From a virus (lineage: Duplodnaviria > Heunggongvirae > Uroviricota > Caudoviricetes): a stretch of 42,575 nucleotides of DNA. Under the pieces are notes generated by a model. It had not been told where the DNA came from, did no database searches, and saw only the letters and a program-made list of their open reading frames with translations. The first letter of the stretch is position 1, and every line of letters begins with the position of its first letter. The stretch is taken from the IMG/VR virus record IMGVR_UViG_3300035670_000071, one strand, 5' to 3'. Below are positions 28,661 to 37,571 of the stretch, in pieces. The position numbers and the translations under genes are program-made.

Positions 28661-28848
28661 AAGGCGTTGTGAAATTTTATAACGAGAAGAAAGGCTTTGG
28701 TTTTATCAACACAGAAGAGAGCAATGATTTGTTCTTTCATATTACCGATGTTGTCAATCAGGAAGTATTGAAGGAGAAAGATAGAGTTAAGTTTGAAGTC
28801 GTGACAGGAGATAGAGGTTTGAAAGCTGTTAATATTGTCAGACTTTAG
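28657..28848 (+). CDS. csp: Cold-shock domain protein
   Basis: GVVKFYNEKKGFGFI (RNP1), LFFH (RNP2), GDRGLKAVNI; ATGA overlap. Confidence 0.95.
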   Translation: MKGVVKFYNEKKGFGFINTEESNDLFFHITDVVNQEVLKEKDRVKFEVVTGDRGLKAVNIVRL

Positions 28849-28859
28849 GGGGAATTAAA

Positions 28860-29063
28860 ATGAATAAGAAGGGTCAGTATCAAATGCCGCAGCGTCAGTA
28901 TTCGAGTGTCAGCCCTGTTCTTATCATTGGTATTGTAATTTTTGTTATTCCTTTTTTTAAATTTATAATTCCGTTTACAATACCAAAGTGGGTAAGTTTA
29001 GCAGGATTGATACTTATTGGAATCGGGGCAGTTCATTCCATAATGTTGGCGAATGGGGATTAA
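28860..29063 (+). CDS. Small membrane protein with class III (pilin-type) signal-like N-terminus MNKKGQ
   Basis: KKG/Q motif followed by two hydrophobic segments; SD GGGGG. Confidence 0.65.
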   Translation: MNKKGQYQMPQRQYSSVSPVLIIGIVIFVIPFFKFIIPFTIPKWVSLAGLILIGIGAVHSIMLANGD

Positions 29064-29066
29064 AAA

Positions 29067-29264
29067 ATGTTTGAGGATACAAGCAGAAGCACGAGAGAAT
29101 ATTTGATGAAGCAGTATACTATATTATTTGTAGTGTTCTGTTCTTTCATATTAGGATTCTTTGTGAGTGCACTATTCTGGATTGTATCCGTCATAGGCGG
29201 TGGTCTCAGTGTATGGACGTATATCACCTTTGCCCAAGAAGGTAGAGGAAGAACAAAACAATGA
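29067..29264 (+). CDS. Small membrane protein (2 TM)
   Basis: Hydrophobic hairpin. Confidence 0.65.
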   Translation: MFEDTSRSTREYLMKQYTILFVVFCSFILGFFVSALFWIVSVIGGGLSVWTYITFAQEGRGRTKQ

Positions 29265-29412
29265 ACACAAACCAGGGTGCTACGGAACGTATGAGTTCAG
29301 TCCAAAGAGTGGAATATGTAAAGGGTGCCGATACAACTTGGGATGTGCTAAGGTAATTTTTGAGGTAGAACACAATGGGGAAAAACGTAAGGATAATAAA
29401 AGTTGTAAGTAA
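29200..29412 (+). CDS. Small 4-Cys putative metal-binding protein (start uncertain)
   Basis: C-x13-CxxC-x5-C (GCYG...ICKGCRYNLGC). Only GTG/TTG starts overlapping the upstream gene are available. Confidence 0.4.
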   Translation: MVSVYGRISPLPKKVEEEQNNEHKPGCYGTYEFSPKSGICKGCRYNLGCAKVIFEVEHNGEKRKDNKSCK

Positions 29413-29617
29413 GAACTTTGTCCTTGATTGGTGGGCTAAGATTCAGAATCTTTTTGGCTACAATCTTACTCCTTACGAGGATATGATTGACAAAGGAATG
29501 AAGCAGATTGAATCTGAAGTTCAAGAGAAAGGATATGTGATGGCGTGGTATAGATATGAGATGGCACAATTAATGAATGGTGCAGTGGTCATTACATTTT
29601 ATGGTGAGGCCAAATGA
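29375..29617 (+). CDS. YbjQ/UPF0145-like small protein
   Basis: VSKNFVLDWWAKIQNLFGYNLTPYEDMI resembles the YbjQ pattern (D..A..RN.FGG....Y..L). Confidence 0.6.
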   Translation: MGKNVRIIKVVSKNFVLDWWAKIQNLFGYNLTPYEDMIDKGMKQIESEVQEKGYVMAWYRYEMAQLMNGAVVITFYGEAK

Positions 29618-30090
29618 GACCACGCTTTCCTTGGTTTATGGTTTTGATAGTATTCTTCTTTGTTACGACAATTCATATAGGTGATATACTTTATGAAGAA
29701 GACAAAGACCTTGGTATGAATAGGAACATATATGAGTATACTGAAAGAACATTTAAATGGAATAGTTCTCTTGCTCCTATTCGAGAAGTAAATGATTCAA
29801 TGAATATAACAGCTACATCTCCAATCAGAATTAATAATATATTAAATAAAGGTGTTGACTGGTTTGGATTCACATTCTTTGAAGTAGGAAAGCTTGGTGT
29901 TGAGATAGGATATTATGGCGAGGGTAGTTACAAACTTGCAGGTTTACTTACAGCAATCAAATGGCTAATCTATATTGTCATCGGATATTATCTATTGATG
30001 CCAATGGCCGCAATCATTATCATATGTATTCATTCATACGATTGGATAAAGAAGAAACTACTTGAGAGGGTATTTAAGAATGGAAAATAA
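29614..30090 (+). CDS. Membrane protein
   Basis: N- and C-terminal hydrophobic helices around a polar loop. Confidence 0.7.
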   Translation: MRPRFPWFMVLIVFFFVTTIHIGDILYEEDKDLGMNRNIYEYTERTFKWNSSLAPIREVNDSMNITATSPIRINNILNKGVDWFGFTFFEVGKLGVEIGYYGEGSYKLAGLLTAIKWLIYIVIGYYLLMPMAAIIIICIHSYDWIKKKLLERVFKNGK

Positions 30091-32098
30091 ATATGGGGAT
30101 AACATACTGGTCTATGATATAGAAACATTGACCTATGGAAAGCCAGACCCGCAGAAGGATGAGCTACGACTCTTCGGATGCTATAGTTATCTGAAGAAGA
30201 AGTTCTATCTACTTACATCTCCTCAAGATATTCAGAAAGTTATATCAGCACACAAGTTCCTTGTAGGATTTAATAATCAGGATTATGATAATGAAGTGCT
30301 CAAGAGATTCGGAATCAACTTTGAATATAAATTAATCGTAGACCTGTTTCAGATATTTAAGAAACGTGCAGCAGGTATGATGACAAAGAAAGGTATGCTT
30401 GGAAATGTCCTGATGGAATACAAGCTTGATTACATCACAAGAATGCTTGACCTTGTTACAGATGAGGAAGCAAAGATTTCTATTGATTATAAATTATTCC
30501 AGAAGAAGAACTGGACAGCAGAAGAGATGAAAGAGATAATTGCTTACACCAACAGAGATGTAGAGATTACAAAGAAGTTATATGAATGGTGCGAGGAATA
30601 TTTCTGGAGCTTCCGAGACTTTATCAGTCAGGAAGATGTAGATAAGAAGAAGTATCTTACAGACACCACAGCTAAGTTTGCATACAAAGCTATTTGTAAA
30701 GCAATGGGTTGGGAAGAACTATATAACAAGAACTTTGCAGAGATAGATGATGAAGATAAGATAAGTGGTGGATATGTTTCTTATCCTGCAGGAGAAAGAT
30801 TTGAAGGCAATCTTTATTGTCTTGACTTCAACAGTCTTTATCCTCACATTATGATTCAGTGTAATCTTTATGGTAGATATAAAGGTGAAGAAGTCAATAG
30901 ACCTTTGTGGACAGGAAAGAATATATGGGAAGTTCAAGGTGAATACTTTGCTGACGAGATAAGTGGAGTTGGTAAGCTATTACGTAAATGGTATTTTATG
31001 AGATTATATTTCAAACGTAGCTTTGTTCATAAGGATAAGAACATCTACAAGATGAAGAACATTGCAAAATATAAAGGCGATACTATTTGGGTTGTTGATA
31101 TTCACGACAGTAAGAATCTTGAATTGATGAAGCAGGTTGTTGATGATGAACTTATTAAAACATACGAAGCTCTTGCAGACCTTGGTGACGATAGAAGAGA
31201 ATACACAGTTAAGATTATCATTAACACTATATATGGAATATTGAATACACCATACTATCAACTTGTATTCGATATGGTTGCTGGTGGGGATTGCACCAGG
31301 ATAGGAAGACAATGGACCAAGTATGCACGTAAGGTATTTAGAGAAGCTGGATATGTTATCATCTATTCCGATACAGACTCGTGTTATATCGGAGACCCAT
31401 TCAACGATAAGGAAAAGATGTTGACTGTGAAAGATAAAATAATAGAAGGTATCAAAGAAACAGTTCCTTTCCCTCAAGCAACATTTGATATGGGAATCGA
31501 TGATGAGATAAAGTATATGTTCTTTTTCAAAGGAGAGAAGCAAGGTGCTGAACACGACGATGAAATGGATGAAGATGATATTAAGCACAAACCACTTGGA
31601 TTGATGAAGAAGAATTATATATATGTTACGCAAGATAATAAATTAAAGATAAAGAATCTTGGGATAAAGAAGAAGAATATCACAGCAGTATCAAAGAAGA
31701 TATTCTGGAATGATATGGTGCCAAGAATAATATCAGAAGGTCGTGCAACATTCCCAAGAACGATGGTGCAGAATCTCTTGATTAAATATCTTCAAGCAGA
31801 CCCATCACTTGCAGCGACAAGAAAGATGGTAGGTAAGTTTGAACAATATGAAAAGTCGGCACCAAATAGTTTTCCTGCACAGATTGCAAAACAATATGGA
31901 GAGGGAGTTCATTTTATGATTCCAAACACAAGAGGGCTTGGTGTTGGAAAGAAGACAAAGTATTGCACAGTTGAAGAGTTCAAAGAAAATAAGATGACAT
32001 TTGATAATATAGATTTGTCAGCAGTATGGAGTGAGCTTGGATATTTTATAGAGCCTGTTAAAATAAAGAACTTATTTGAGTTCGGAGAGACGGCATAA
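30080..32098 (+). CDS. polB: Family B DNA polymerase (RNA-primed type) with 3'-5' exonuclease
   Basis: ExoI YDIET, ExoII FN..YD, ExoIII Y...D; motif A DFNSLYP, B KIIINTIYG, C YSDTDS, KKNY. Confidence 0.95.
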   Translation: MENKYGDNILVYDIETLTYGKPDPQKDELRLFGCYSYLKKKFYLLTSPQDIQKVISAHKFLVGFNNQDYDNEVLKRFGINFEYKLIVDLFQIFKKRAAGMMTKKGMLGNVLMEYKLDYITRMLDLVTDEEAKISIDYKLFQKKNWTAEEMKEIIAYTNRDVEITKKLYEWCEEYFWSFRDFISQEDVDKKKYLTDTTAKFAYKAICKAMGWEELYNKNFAEIDDEDKISGGYVSYPAGERFEGNLYCLDFNSLYPHIMIQCNLYGRYKGEEVNRPLWTGKNIWEVQGEYFADEISGVGKLLRKWYFMRLYFKRSFVHKDKNIYKMKNIAKYKGDTIWVVDIHDSKNLELMKQVVDDELIKTYEALADLGDDRREYTVKIIINTIYGILNTPYYQLVFDMVAGGDCTRIGRQWTKYARKVFREAGYVIIYSDTDSCYIGDPFNDKEKMLTVKDKIIEGIKETVPFPQATFDMGIDDEIKYMFFFKGEKQGAEHDDEMDEDDIKHKPLGLMKKNYIYVTQDNKLKIKNLGIKKKNITAVSKKIFWNDMVPRIISEGRATFPRTMVQNLLIKYLQADPSLAATRKMVGKFEQYEKSAPNSFPAQIAKQYGEGVHFMIPNTRGLGVGKKTKYCTVEEFKENKMTFDNIDLSAVWSELGYFIEPVKIKNLFEFGETA

Positions 32099-32658
32099 TG
32101 ATTTGCATTGGAATTGATAACGGATTGGGCGGTGGTATTGTCGCAGTCGAAGACCAAGAGATACCAACGAACCAAGAGTATGCTAAGAACCAACCTGGGT
32201 TGTTTGATGACGAGACAGGAACATATGCGTGGGTTATGCCAGTTGTTAAAGGTTCTGGCAAGAGCTTTTATGATATAGGAAGAATAGCCAAAATACTAAA
32301 ATATTTAAAGGAGTATGCGAGATTGAATCGTATGCCTATATATGCTGTAATAGAGAAGGCACATATACTACCTAAGAACGGTGGTAGAGCTAACTTCACC
32401 ATAGGTGAATGTTTTGGTATAATGAAAGGATTATTAACAGCTCTTGAGATTCCTTTTGAGATAGTCAGTGCAAAGCAATGGCAACAGAATATCTTTCAAG
32501 GTCAAACAGTTGTTGATACAAAACAATCTGGTATATTGTTTTGTCAGAATAAGTTTCCTAAAGTTGATTGGAGAATATCCAAGAGAGGAATCAAACCACA
32601 CGACGGCAAAACAGATGCTGCGTGTATAGCAGTGTATTGTCATAGGCTGAATAAGTAG
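32098..32658 (+). CDS. RuvC-like Holliday junction resolvase
   Basis: IGIDNGLGGGI, VIEK, HDGKTDAACI acidic tetrad. Confidence 0.85.
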   Translation: MICIGIDNGLGGGIVAVEDQEIPTNQEYAKNQPGLFDDETGTYAWVMPVVKGSGKSFYDIGRIAKILKYLKEYARLNRMPIYAVIEKAHILPKNGGRANFTIGECFGIMKGLLTALEIPFEIVSAKQWQQNIFQGQTVVDTKQSGILFCQNKFPKVDWRISKRGIKPHDGKTDAACIAVYCHRLNK

Positions 32659-32670
32659 GAGGGGCAGAAA

Positions 32671-33525
32671 ATGGGAAAGCAAATGATTTGGATTTTACCG
32701 TTGATGATGTTACTGACGGTTGCAATGGTCGCTGCAGATTTGAATATCAAAGCAGGACAACAGTATACATTGACAAGTATCACACAATGTGTTGGTGATG
32801 TGGAAGTAAATTTACGTGCAGAGAAACCAGTAGAGCCTGGTGAGTATGTTGTTATAGGATGTTCAGAGCACGGTGCTAACTCTTGGTTGTGCCCGTGTGT
32901 TCCTCAAGGTCCTACAGACATAAAGTTTCAGACTAAGAATACAACAGCCAATACATATGACGCAGCAATGGAATATTATATTGCAGCTAAATTACCAGAG
33001 ACAGGTAACGATGCTAACTCGACAGTCCCTTCTCAGAACGCTATAACAAATGACAACAATAGAAGAACAGTTTCTGTCGGAAATATTGCAGTATCTTCAG
33101 CTACTGAAGCAGCACCAAAGAAAGATGTGCCTCAAGTAAATACAAAGGATACACCAAAGGCTATGATGGTATTAGGTATTATTGCTCTTGTGTTTATTAT
33201 GATAATCTTGCTTGTTGCAAAGTGGTTATATAATTCACGTGAGAACAAATTAGATGAGGAGAAGAAAGTTAGTAAGGGTGATATGCTTGAGTTCCATAAT
33301 AGAACAACAACCAATGGTGCTCCTGTAACACGGATGAATTTCTTTGATAGTTCATCTAATTCACATACACACGAGCAGGTTCCTATATATCAGCAGTCTA
33401 AGAAGGTGGCTCCTGAGTTTATCCCGCCTCCACCACCAATGAGTGTGTTCAGAGGGCCAGAGTATAAACCGAAGCCTAAAGAAATAACAAGTGAGGACGT
33501 TGATGACTTCCTTGATAGGATTTAA
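32671..33525 (+). CDS. Type I membrane/surface protein (signal peptide, Cys-containing ectodomain, TM, Pro-rich tail)
   Basis: N-terminal hydrophobic signal ending AMVAA; 4 Cys in a beta-rich domain; TM at about aa 165-187. Confidence 0.75.
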   Translation: MGKQMIWILPLMMLLTVAMVAADLNIKAGQQYTLTSITQCVGDVEVNLRAEKPVEPGEYVVIGCSEHGANSWLCPCVPQGPTDIKFQTKNTTANTYDAAMEYYIAAKLPETGNDANSTVPSQNAITNDNNRRTVSVGNIAVSSATEAAPKKDVPQVNTKDTPKAMMVLGIIALVFIMIILLVAKWLYNSRENKLDEEKKVSKGDMLEFHNRTTTNGAPVTRMNFFDSSSNSHTHEQVPIYQQSKKVAPEFIPPPPPMSVFRGPEYKPKPKEITSEDVDDFLDRI

Positions 33526-33532
33526 TCAAATG

Positions 33533-33577
33533 GTAAAATTTATATACAATGTAAATTATACTATATATATTAGTAGG
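33533..33577 (+). promoter_or_regulatory. TATA promoter with TATACTA-N7-TAGTA operator-like site
   Basis: TTTATATA at 33539-46; TATACTA TATATAT TAGTA at 33557-75. Confidence 0.6.
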
Positions 33578-33581
33578 GGTT

Positions 33582-33968
33582 ATGAAAATGGGTAAGCAAA
33601 ACGAGAAGATAAGTGTAATCTTAGACGGGCTTGATGACAAAAGCATATCTTCAATCCTAACTAAATGGAAAGAGATTGCCGAGGTAAAGAAGGAACTCGA
33701 AGAGCTTGAGATAATGTTAAGGGCCAAGGTCCGTGCATATCTTAAGGAGAGACGATGGTCTCAGTATAAAGATGAGGAGACTGACATCAATGTAACATTG
33801 TCTTCTTTTAAGACGGAGACCATTGATAAGAAACAACTCAAGTTAATGTTGAATGAAGCACAGTATGCACAGGTTCTTCAGACAACAACTTCAGAGCGGT
33901 TAACTATTGTCACTCCTGAAGCAAGAGAGAAATTAAAAGATAGATTCGGTAAGAAGGAGGGCAGATGA
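33582..33968 (+). CDS. Coiled-coil hypothetical protein, weakly Mu Gam/Gp157-like
   Basis: Long amphipathic helix followed by a small beta domain (TIDKKQL). The similarity is impressionistic. Confidence 0.5.
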   Translation: MKMGKQNEKISVILDGLDDKSISSILTKWKEIAEVKKELEELEIMLRAKVRAYLKERRWSQYKDEETDINVTLSSFKTETIDKKQLKLMLNEAQYAQVLQTTTSERLTIVTPEAREKLKDRFGKKEGR

Positions 33969-34870
33969 AAATGGGATGGTTCAACTGGGGTAAACCTAAA
34001 CAACTGTCGGAGCGACAGAAAGAAAAGCTCATAGATAATATAAGACAAAACAAAGAAAAGATTGCACGATTAGAAGCAAGAGCTGAAGTCTCTCCGCTAT
34101 CGAAAGGCGACACAAAAAAATATATGAAGTTGAAGGAGGAGAATGTTAAAATGGCAAAATTGATTTTAAAGGATGGAAAACTGCAGAAGGTTGAAGAACC
34201 AAAGACAACACCGACACTTGGTGACTTACCACCATTGCCGCCTATTCCGACACCACCTGAAGGAATGGCACAACGACCACAGCAACAGTATGAACAGCCA
34301 CCACAGTATTCACAGCCACCACAGCAGAACCCTCCACAACAATCTCCATTCCCACAAGAAGGTGGATTTGGATATGGATATAATACACAGGCACAGCCAA
34401 CAAGGAGGGAACAACAAATGGTAGGAGAACCACAATTTCAAGCACAGATGCGTAATGCACAACAACCAGTTCCTCAAGCACCGCCACAACCTGACCCATA
34501 TGTTCAGATGTTGCAACAGCAAGAGGCAGTTACAAGACAACGAGAGATGGATGCAGTAAGAGCAAGACAAGAAGCTATTGCAAGAGCACAGGCTCAGGCA
34601 AGACTTCAAGCTATGGCACAAGCTCAAGCACAAGCTCAAGCACAAGCTCAAGCTCAGGCAGCACAGTTTGCACAAGCAAGAGCAGGACCTGCAGTTGTTA
34701 CCGCAGCTATTTATCTTGTAGAGAACAAGAAGGTAACTGGCCAGATTCCAGAGACTGAGATTGTTGATTTCATTGAACAGATTAGAGTTGCAATAAATAC
34801 TCAGTCGACATTCCAGTTCGGGGATAGGTTCATCAATGGAAGGCACATTATCTTTTACGAGATAGAGTGA
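33965..34870 (+). CDS. Gln/Pro/Ala-rich low-complexity protein
   Basis: PQQ- and AQAQ-rich centre between a coiled-coil N-terminus and a compact C-terminal domain. Confidence 0.8.
   Translation: MKMGWFNWGKPKQLSERQKEKLIDNIRQNKEKIARLEARAEVSPLSKGDTKKYMKLKEENVKMAKLILKDGKLQKVEEPKTTPTLGDLPPLPPIPTPPEGMAQRPQQQYEQPPQYSQPPQQNPPQQSPFPQEGGFGYGYNTQAQPTRREQQMVGEPQFQAQMRNAQQPVPQAPPQPDPYVQMLQQQEAVTRQREMDAVRARQEAIARAQAQARLQAMAQAQAQAQAQAQAQAAQFAQARAGPAVVTAAIYLVENKKVTGQIPETEIVDFIEQIRVAINTQSTFQFGDRFINGRHIIFYEIE
34616..34651. repeat. 3 perfect tandem copies of 12-bp GCACAAGCTCAA, encoding AQAQ repeats
   Basis: Read directly. Confidence 0.9.
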
Positions 34871-34903
34871 ACCCATTGGAACAGAAGTGGGAGGTAAGTT
34901 AAA

Positions 34904-35038
34904 ATGGGGAAAACTTTTAACGAGTTTATGAGCGAACAGCAGACTATCGATAGATGGTTTGTATTGAGAGTTGCAGTTGTCGGTGGATTTTTAGGTGCAC
35001 TGTTGGCTGTAGCTTTTGTATTGTTTGCTTTAACGTAG
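34904..35038 (+). CDS. Small single-TM protein (44 aa)
   Basis: Not in track. SD GGAGGT; C-terminal hydrophobic helix. Confidence 0.65.
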   Translation: MGKTFNEFMSEQQTIDRWFVLRVAVVGGFLGALLAVAFVLFALT

Positions 35039-35046
35039 AGGGAACA

Positions 35047-35529
35047 ATGAAGAAGAACCCCGTATTATTTTGGTTGGTTCTTGTTTTCATCCTGGTTAAT
35101 GTATTGGATATAGTAACAACATTCTTTATATTACCAGGGGAAGCAAATCCAATCGTATTGTTGACAAAGACACCGTTGAGTCTTTTGTTGATAAAGGTAG
35201 GTCTCATCATAGGAATATATTTAATCTACAGAAAGAATATTTATCCTACGAGGATAACATACTTTGGGTTTCTTCTTACATTAGTATTGGGAACCGCCGC
35301 AATGGGCCTTGCAGTTTATGGGAATATATTAGGGATGATGAATCCACAAGTTGTTGCTCAAGCAGCAGCACTATCAACGGAAGAGAAGGTGAGAGGGTAT
35401 AGCCAGTTCATCACCATATTTTATTTGATACCTATAGTAATGTCGATGGTTGCATTTTGGCTATATGATAAATCATTAGACAGTGTGGTATTGAAGAAAG
35501 AGAATTTCAAATGGTGGTGGAAGAAGTGA
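35047..35529 (+). CDS. DUF5658-like 4-TM membrane protein
   Basis: Start moved to ATG 35047. LD..TT..IL.GEANP motif as I recall it for DUF5658. Confidence 0.65.
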   Translation: MKKNPVLFWLVLVFILVNVLDIVTTFFILPGEANPIVLLTKTPLSLLLIKVGLIIGIYLIYRKNIYPTRITYFGFLLTLVLGTAAMGLAVYGNILGMMNPQVVAQAAALSTEEKVRGYSQFITIFYLIPIVMSMVAFWLYDKSLDSVVLKKENFKWWWKK

Positions 35530-35657
35530 ATGTTTCAGGACAAGAAGTTGCGACGGGTGTGGCAGACCCAACAGTAATGATTACAGTTGTTGGTGTTATA
35601 TTTGTTGTGATATTTATTGTTCTCGTGGGGTATGCAATATGGAAGGCAGTAAGTTAA
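35526..35657 (+). CDS. Small single-TM protein (43 aa)
   Basis: Not in track. GTGA overlap, SD GGTGG, hydrophobic helix. Confidence 0.55.
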   Translation: MNVSGQEVATGVADPTVMITVVGVIFVVIFIVLVGYAIWKAVS

Positions 35658-35935
35658 CGACAAAGAAAAAGATTATGGCAGGAGTATTGATAGCAGTCAT
35701 TATAGTAATGACGGCTCTTGCAATTATACTCAAGGACCAATGGTTCATTCAGAGAACAACAATAACATATCCAGATGGTTGTAAAGAGAAATATGAGAAT
35801 GATATTTTATTAACTGATGTTTGTGAGAATGGCCGATTCCTTGAGGAGCAAAACAGTATGAGGAAATATAGACAATGGCCGATGAACCCGAACCTGAATT
35901 TCAGTCTCAATATAACTCTGGCAAATCTAACATAG
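35639..35935 (+). CDS. Membrane-anchored hypothetical protein
   Basis: N-terminal TM helix; Cys pair in the ectodomain. Confidence 0.65.
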   Translation: MEGSKLTTKKKIMAGVLIAVIIVMTALAIILKDQWFIQRTTITYPDGCKEKYENDILLTDVCENGRFLEEQNSMRKYRQWPMNPNLNFSLNITLANLT

Positions 35936-36141
35936 ATATACCAGAGATGATGAGAAGGCTGGATAAGTTGTATGATGATGAGGAGAAGTTATTAGGTGAA
36001 GCTCGTCAACATCAAGAAGCCATTCGTAAACTTAACATTCTCTATAATCAAAAGAGAGAAGAGATTGACCTTATGCAAAATATGATTATGCATATGAGCA
36101 ACAAGAAGAGAAGACAACAGGAATGGGATAGAAAAGTTTGA
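35875..36141 (+). CDS. Coiled-coil hypothetical protein
   Basis: Heptad-rich ORF filling the gap between neighbours. Confidence 0.6.
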   Translation: MADEPEPEFQSQYNSGKSNIDIPEMMRRLDKLYDDEEKLLGEARQHQEAIRKLNILYNQKREEIDLMQNMIMHMSNKKRRQQEWDRKV

Positions 36142-36710
36142 GGACTCGCATAATGGAGAACGCAGAGAAGTTAAAGATTATTCGGAACTTGTTCCGAGAT
36201 ATATTTACGAACACAGCAGAGTTAAGTATAATCACGATAGCCAAATTAACTAAGCTCTTTAAGGTAGTAAATCCAGGTGGACCTGATGAATCATTCAGTA
36301 TAGAACTTAAAGGAGTATATTGTTATGACCAAGAGAATGCAGATATGGTTGTTGAGTTTAATACAAAACATATTCCTGAAGAGGTTATAAAATCATACAA
36401 TGATGCGAATGGTGTTGTTGAATCAATCATAGGACGTAATCTTTCAACAAAGGAAGCATTGGAATTTAAGAGATTGTTTATACAACACGAAGCAGATATA
36501 TTTGGTAAGATAAACTATGCTTTGAATGTTGATTGGGTTTCACGAATCATAATTCAGATAAGAAAAATATCAGAGGAAGTTGAAGGCTTTGACTTTACTT
36601 CTTGGGATGACTTGGTTGTTGAGTTCTCTCTTGATAATAAAACATATTTCATTGATATATGGAATGATTACTTGGTAACAGATAGTGAAGGGAATGAGTT
36701 GGATGCATAA
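36138..36710 (+). CDS. Hypothetical protein (190 aa)
   Basis: Operonic ORF; no motif recognised. Confidence 0.7.
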   Translation: MRTRIMENAEKLKIIRNLFRDIFTNTAELSIITIAKLTKLFKVVNPGGPDESFSIELKGVYCYDQENADMVVEFNTKHIPEEVIKSYNDANGVVESIIGRNLSTKEALEFKRLFIQHEADIFGKINYALNVDWVSRIIIQIRKISEEVEGFDFTSWDDLVVEFSLDNKTYFIDIWNDYLVTDSEGNELDA

Positions 36711-36868
36711 TGATAAAGAAGATAATTGCATTGTTGTTGATTGCAGGTTTGATAATCTCTTTACTGAAAAGAGTATTCATCTGGTTCCTAATTATTGTTG
36801 CAATCCTATTTGCTATACGTCTTTTAGCTGATTTGTTTTGGTGGGGAAAGGATAATGATAAGTGGTAG
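36710..36868 (+). CDS. Small membrane protein (52 aa)
   Basis: Not in track. TAATG overlap; almost entirely hydrophobic. Confidence 0.6.
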   Translation: MIKKIIALLLIAGLIISLLKRVFIWFLIIVAILFAIRLLADLFWWGKDNDKW

Positions 36869-36935
36869 AAAACGAAACATTTATATATAAGTATACTATA
36901 CCCATTAGTATAACCAGATAGCGAGGTGCTACCAA
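36869..36935 (+). promoter_or_regulatory. Early-type promoter cassette (BRE-TATA, TATACTA-N7-TAGTATA, SD AGCGAGGTG)
   Basis: AAAACGAAACATTTATATATAAGTATACTATACCCATTAGTATA is identical to the copies at 40.5 and 41.3 kb. Confidence 0.85.
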
Positions 36936-37571
36936 ATGAAACAAACACTAAGTGAATATGAAAGAAAGGTCCTGAAGGAAACTCCAGGAGATTACGACGC
37001 AGATTGGATGATGGTCCAATGTGGGCAATGCCAGTTCTGTGGGCATATATCCAAGATGGGATATTGGGTCACACAGAAGATAACAGGAAAGAGATTGCTT
37101 GTTGGCACAGATTGTGTTTACACTTTGACAAACCTTGATAGGGCACAGAAGAAAGTATTTGATGGGATTGTAGCAAGACAGAAACACGCAAGGAAGTATG
37201 CAAAGGTATTGGCTTATCTTTTAGAGACACACAAGACTGAATTGATAACAACACTTGAATCATTCCACAGATTCCACAAGACCAGATATGATGTGACAAA
37301 CCAGGATGCTGAGTGGGTATATTATAATTGGGTTTCAAATGAGACCAATGAGATATGTCTTAAGACAAAGATGAGAGTTGCAGATTGGGAACAAAGAAAC
37401 AATACTTATGTTGCGAACTATGATTGGAATGCTCCGAAGACGGCACATAACATTGCAGCGATAATTATTAATAAGATAGAAACTACACGAAGCACAATCA
37501 ACAAGTATTGGCTAACAACATACAAGGAATTAACGGGGGTTGACTTGGCCCCAATGACAAAGGTGGAATGA
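36936..37571 (+). CDS. Zinc-ribbon-containing hypothetical protein
   Basis: CQFCGH...VGTDCV motif. Confidence 0.7.
   Translation: MKQTLSEYERKVLKETPGDYDADWMMVQCGQCQFCGHISKMGYWVTQKITGKRLLVGTDCVYTLTNLDRAQKKVFDGIVARQKHARKYAKVLAYLLETHKTELITTLESFHRFHKTRYDVTNQDAEWVYYNWVSNETNEICLKTKMRVADWEQRNNTYVANYDWNAPKTAHNIAAIIINKIETTRSTINKYWLTTYKELTGVDLAPMTKVE

Noticed and set aside
29261-29356. ATG-started 31-aa ORF overlapping the stop of 29067-29264
   Set aside because: It has a neat ATGA overlap but a featureless product. The alternative frame with the 4-Cys motif looks more protein-like, so neither is firmly supported.
30080-32098. Protein-primed PolB or an intein
   Set aside because: Primase, MCM, PCNA and RFC indicate RNA priming. 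The insertions are short and lack intein splice motifs (N-terminal C/S, C-terminal HN).
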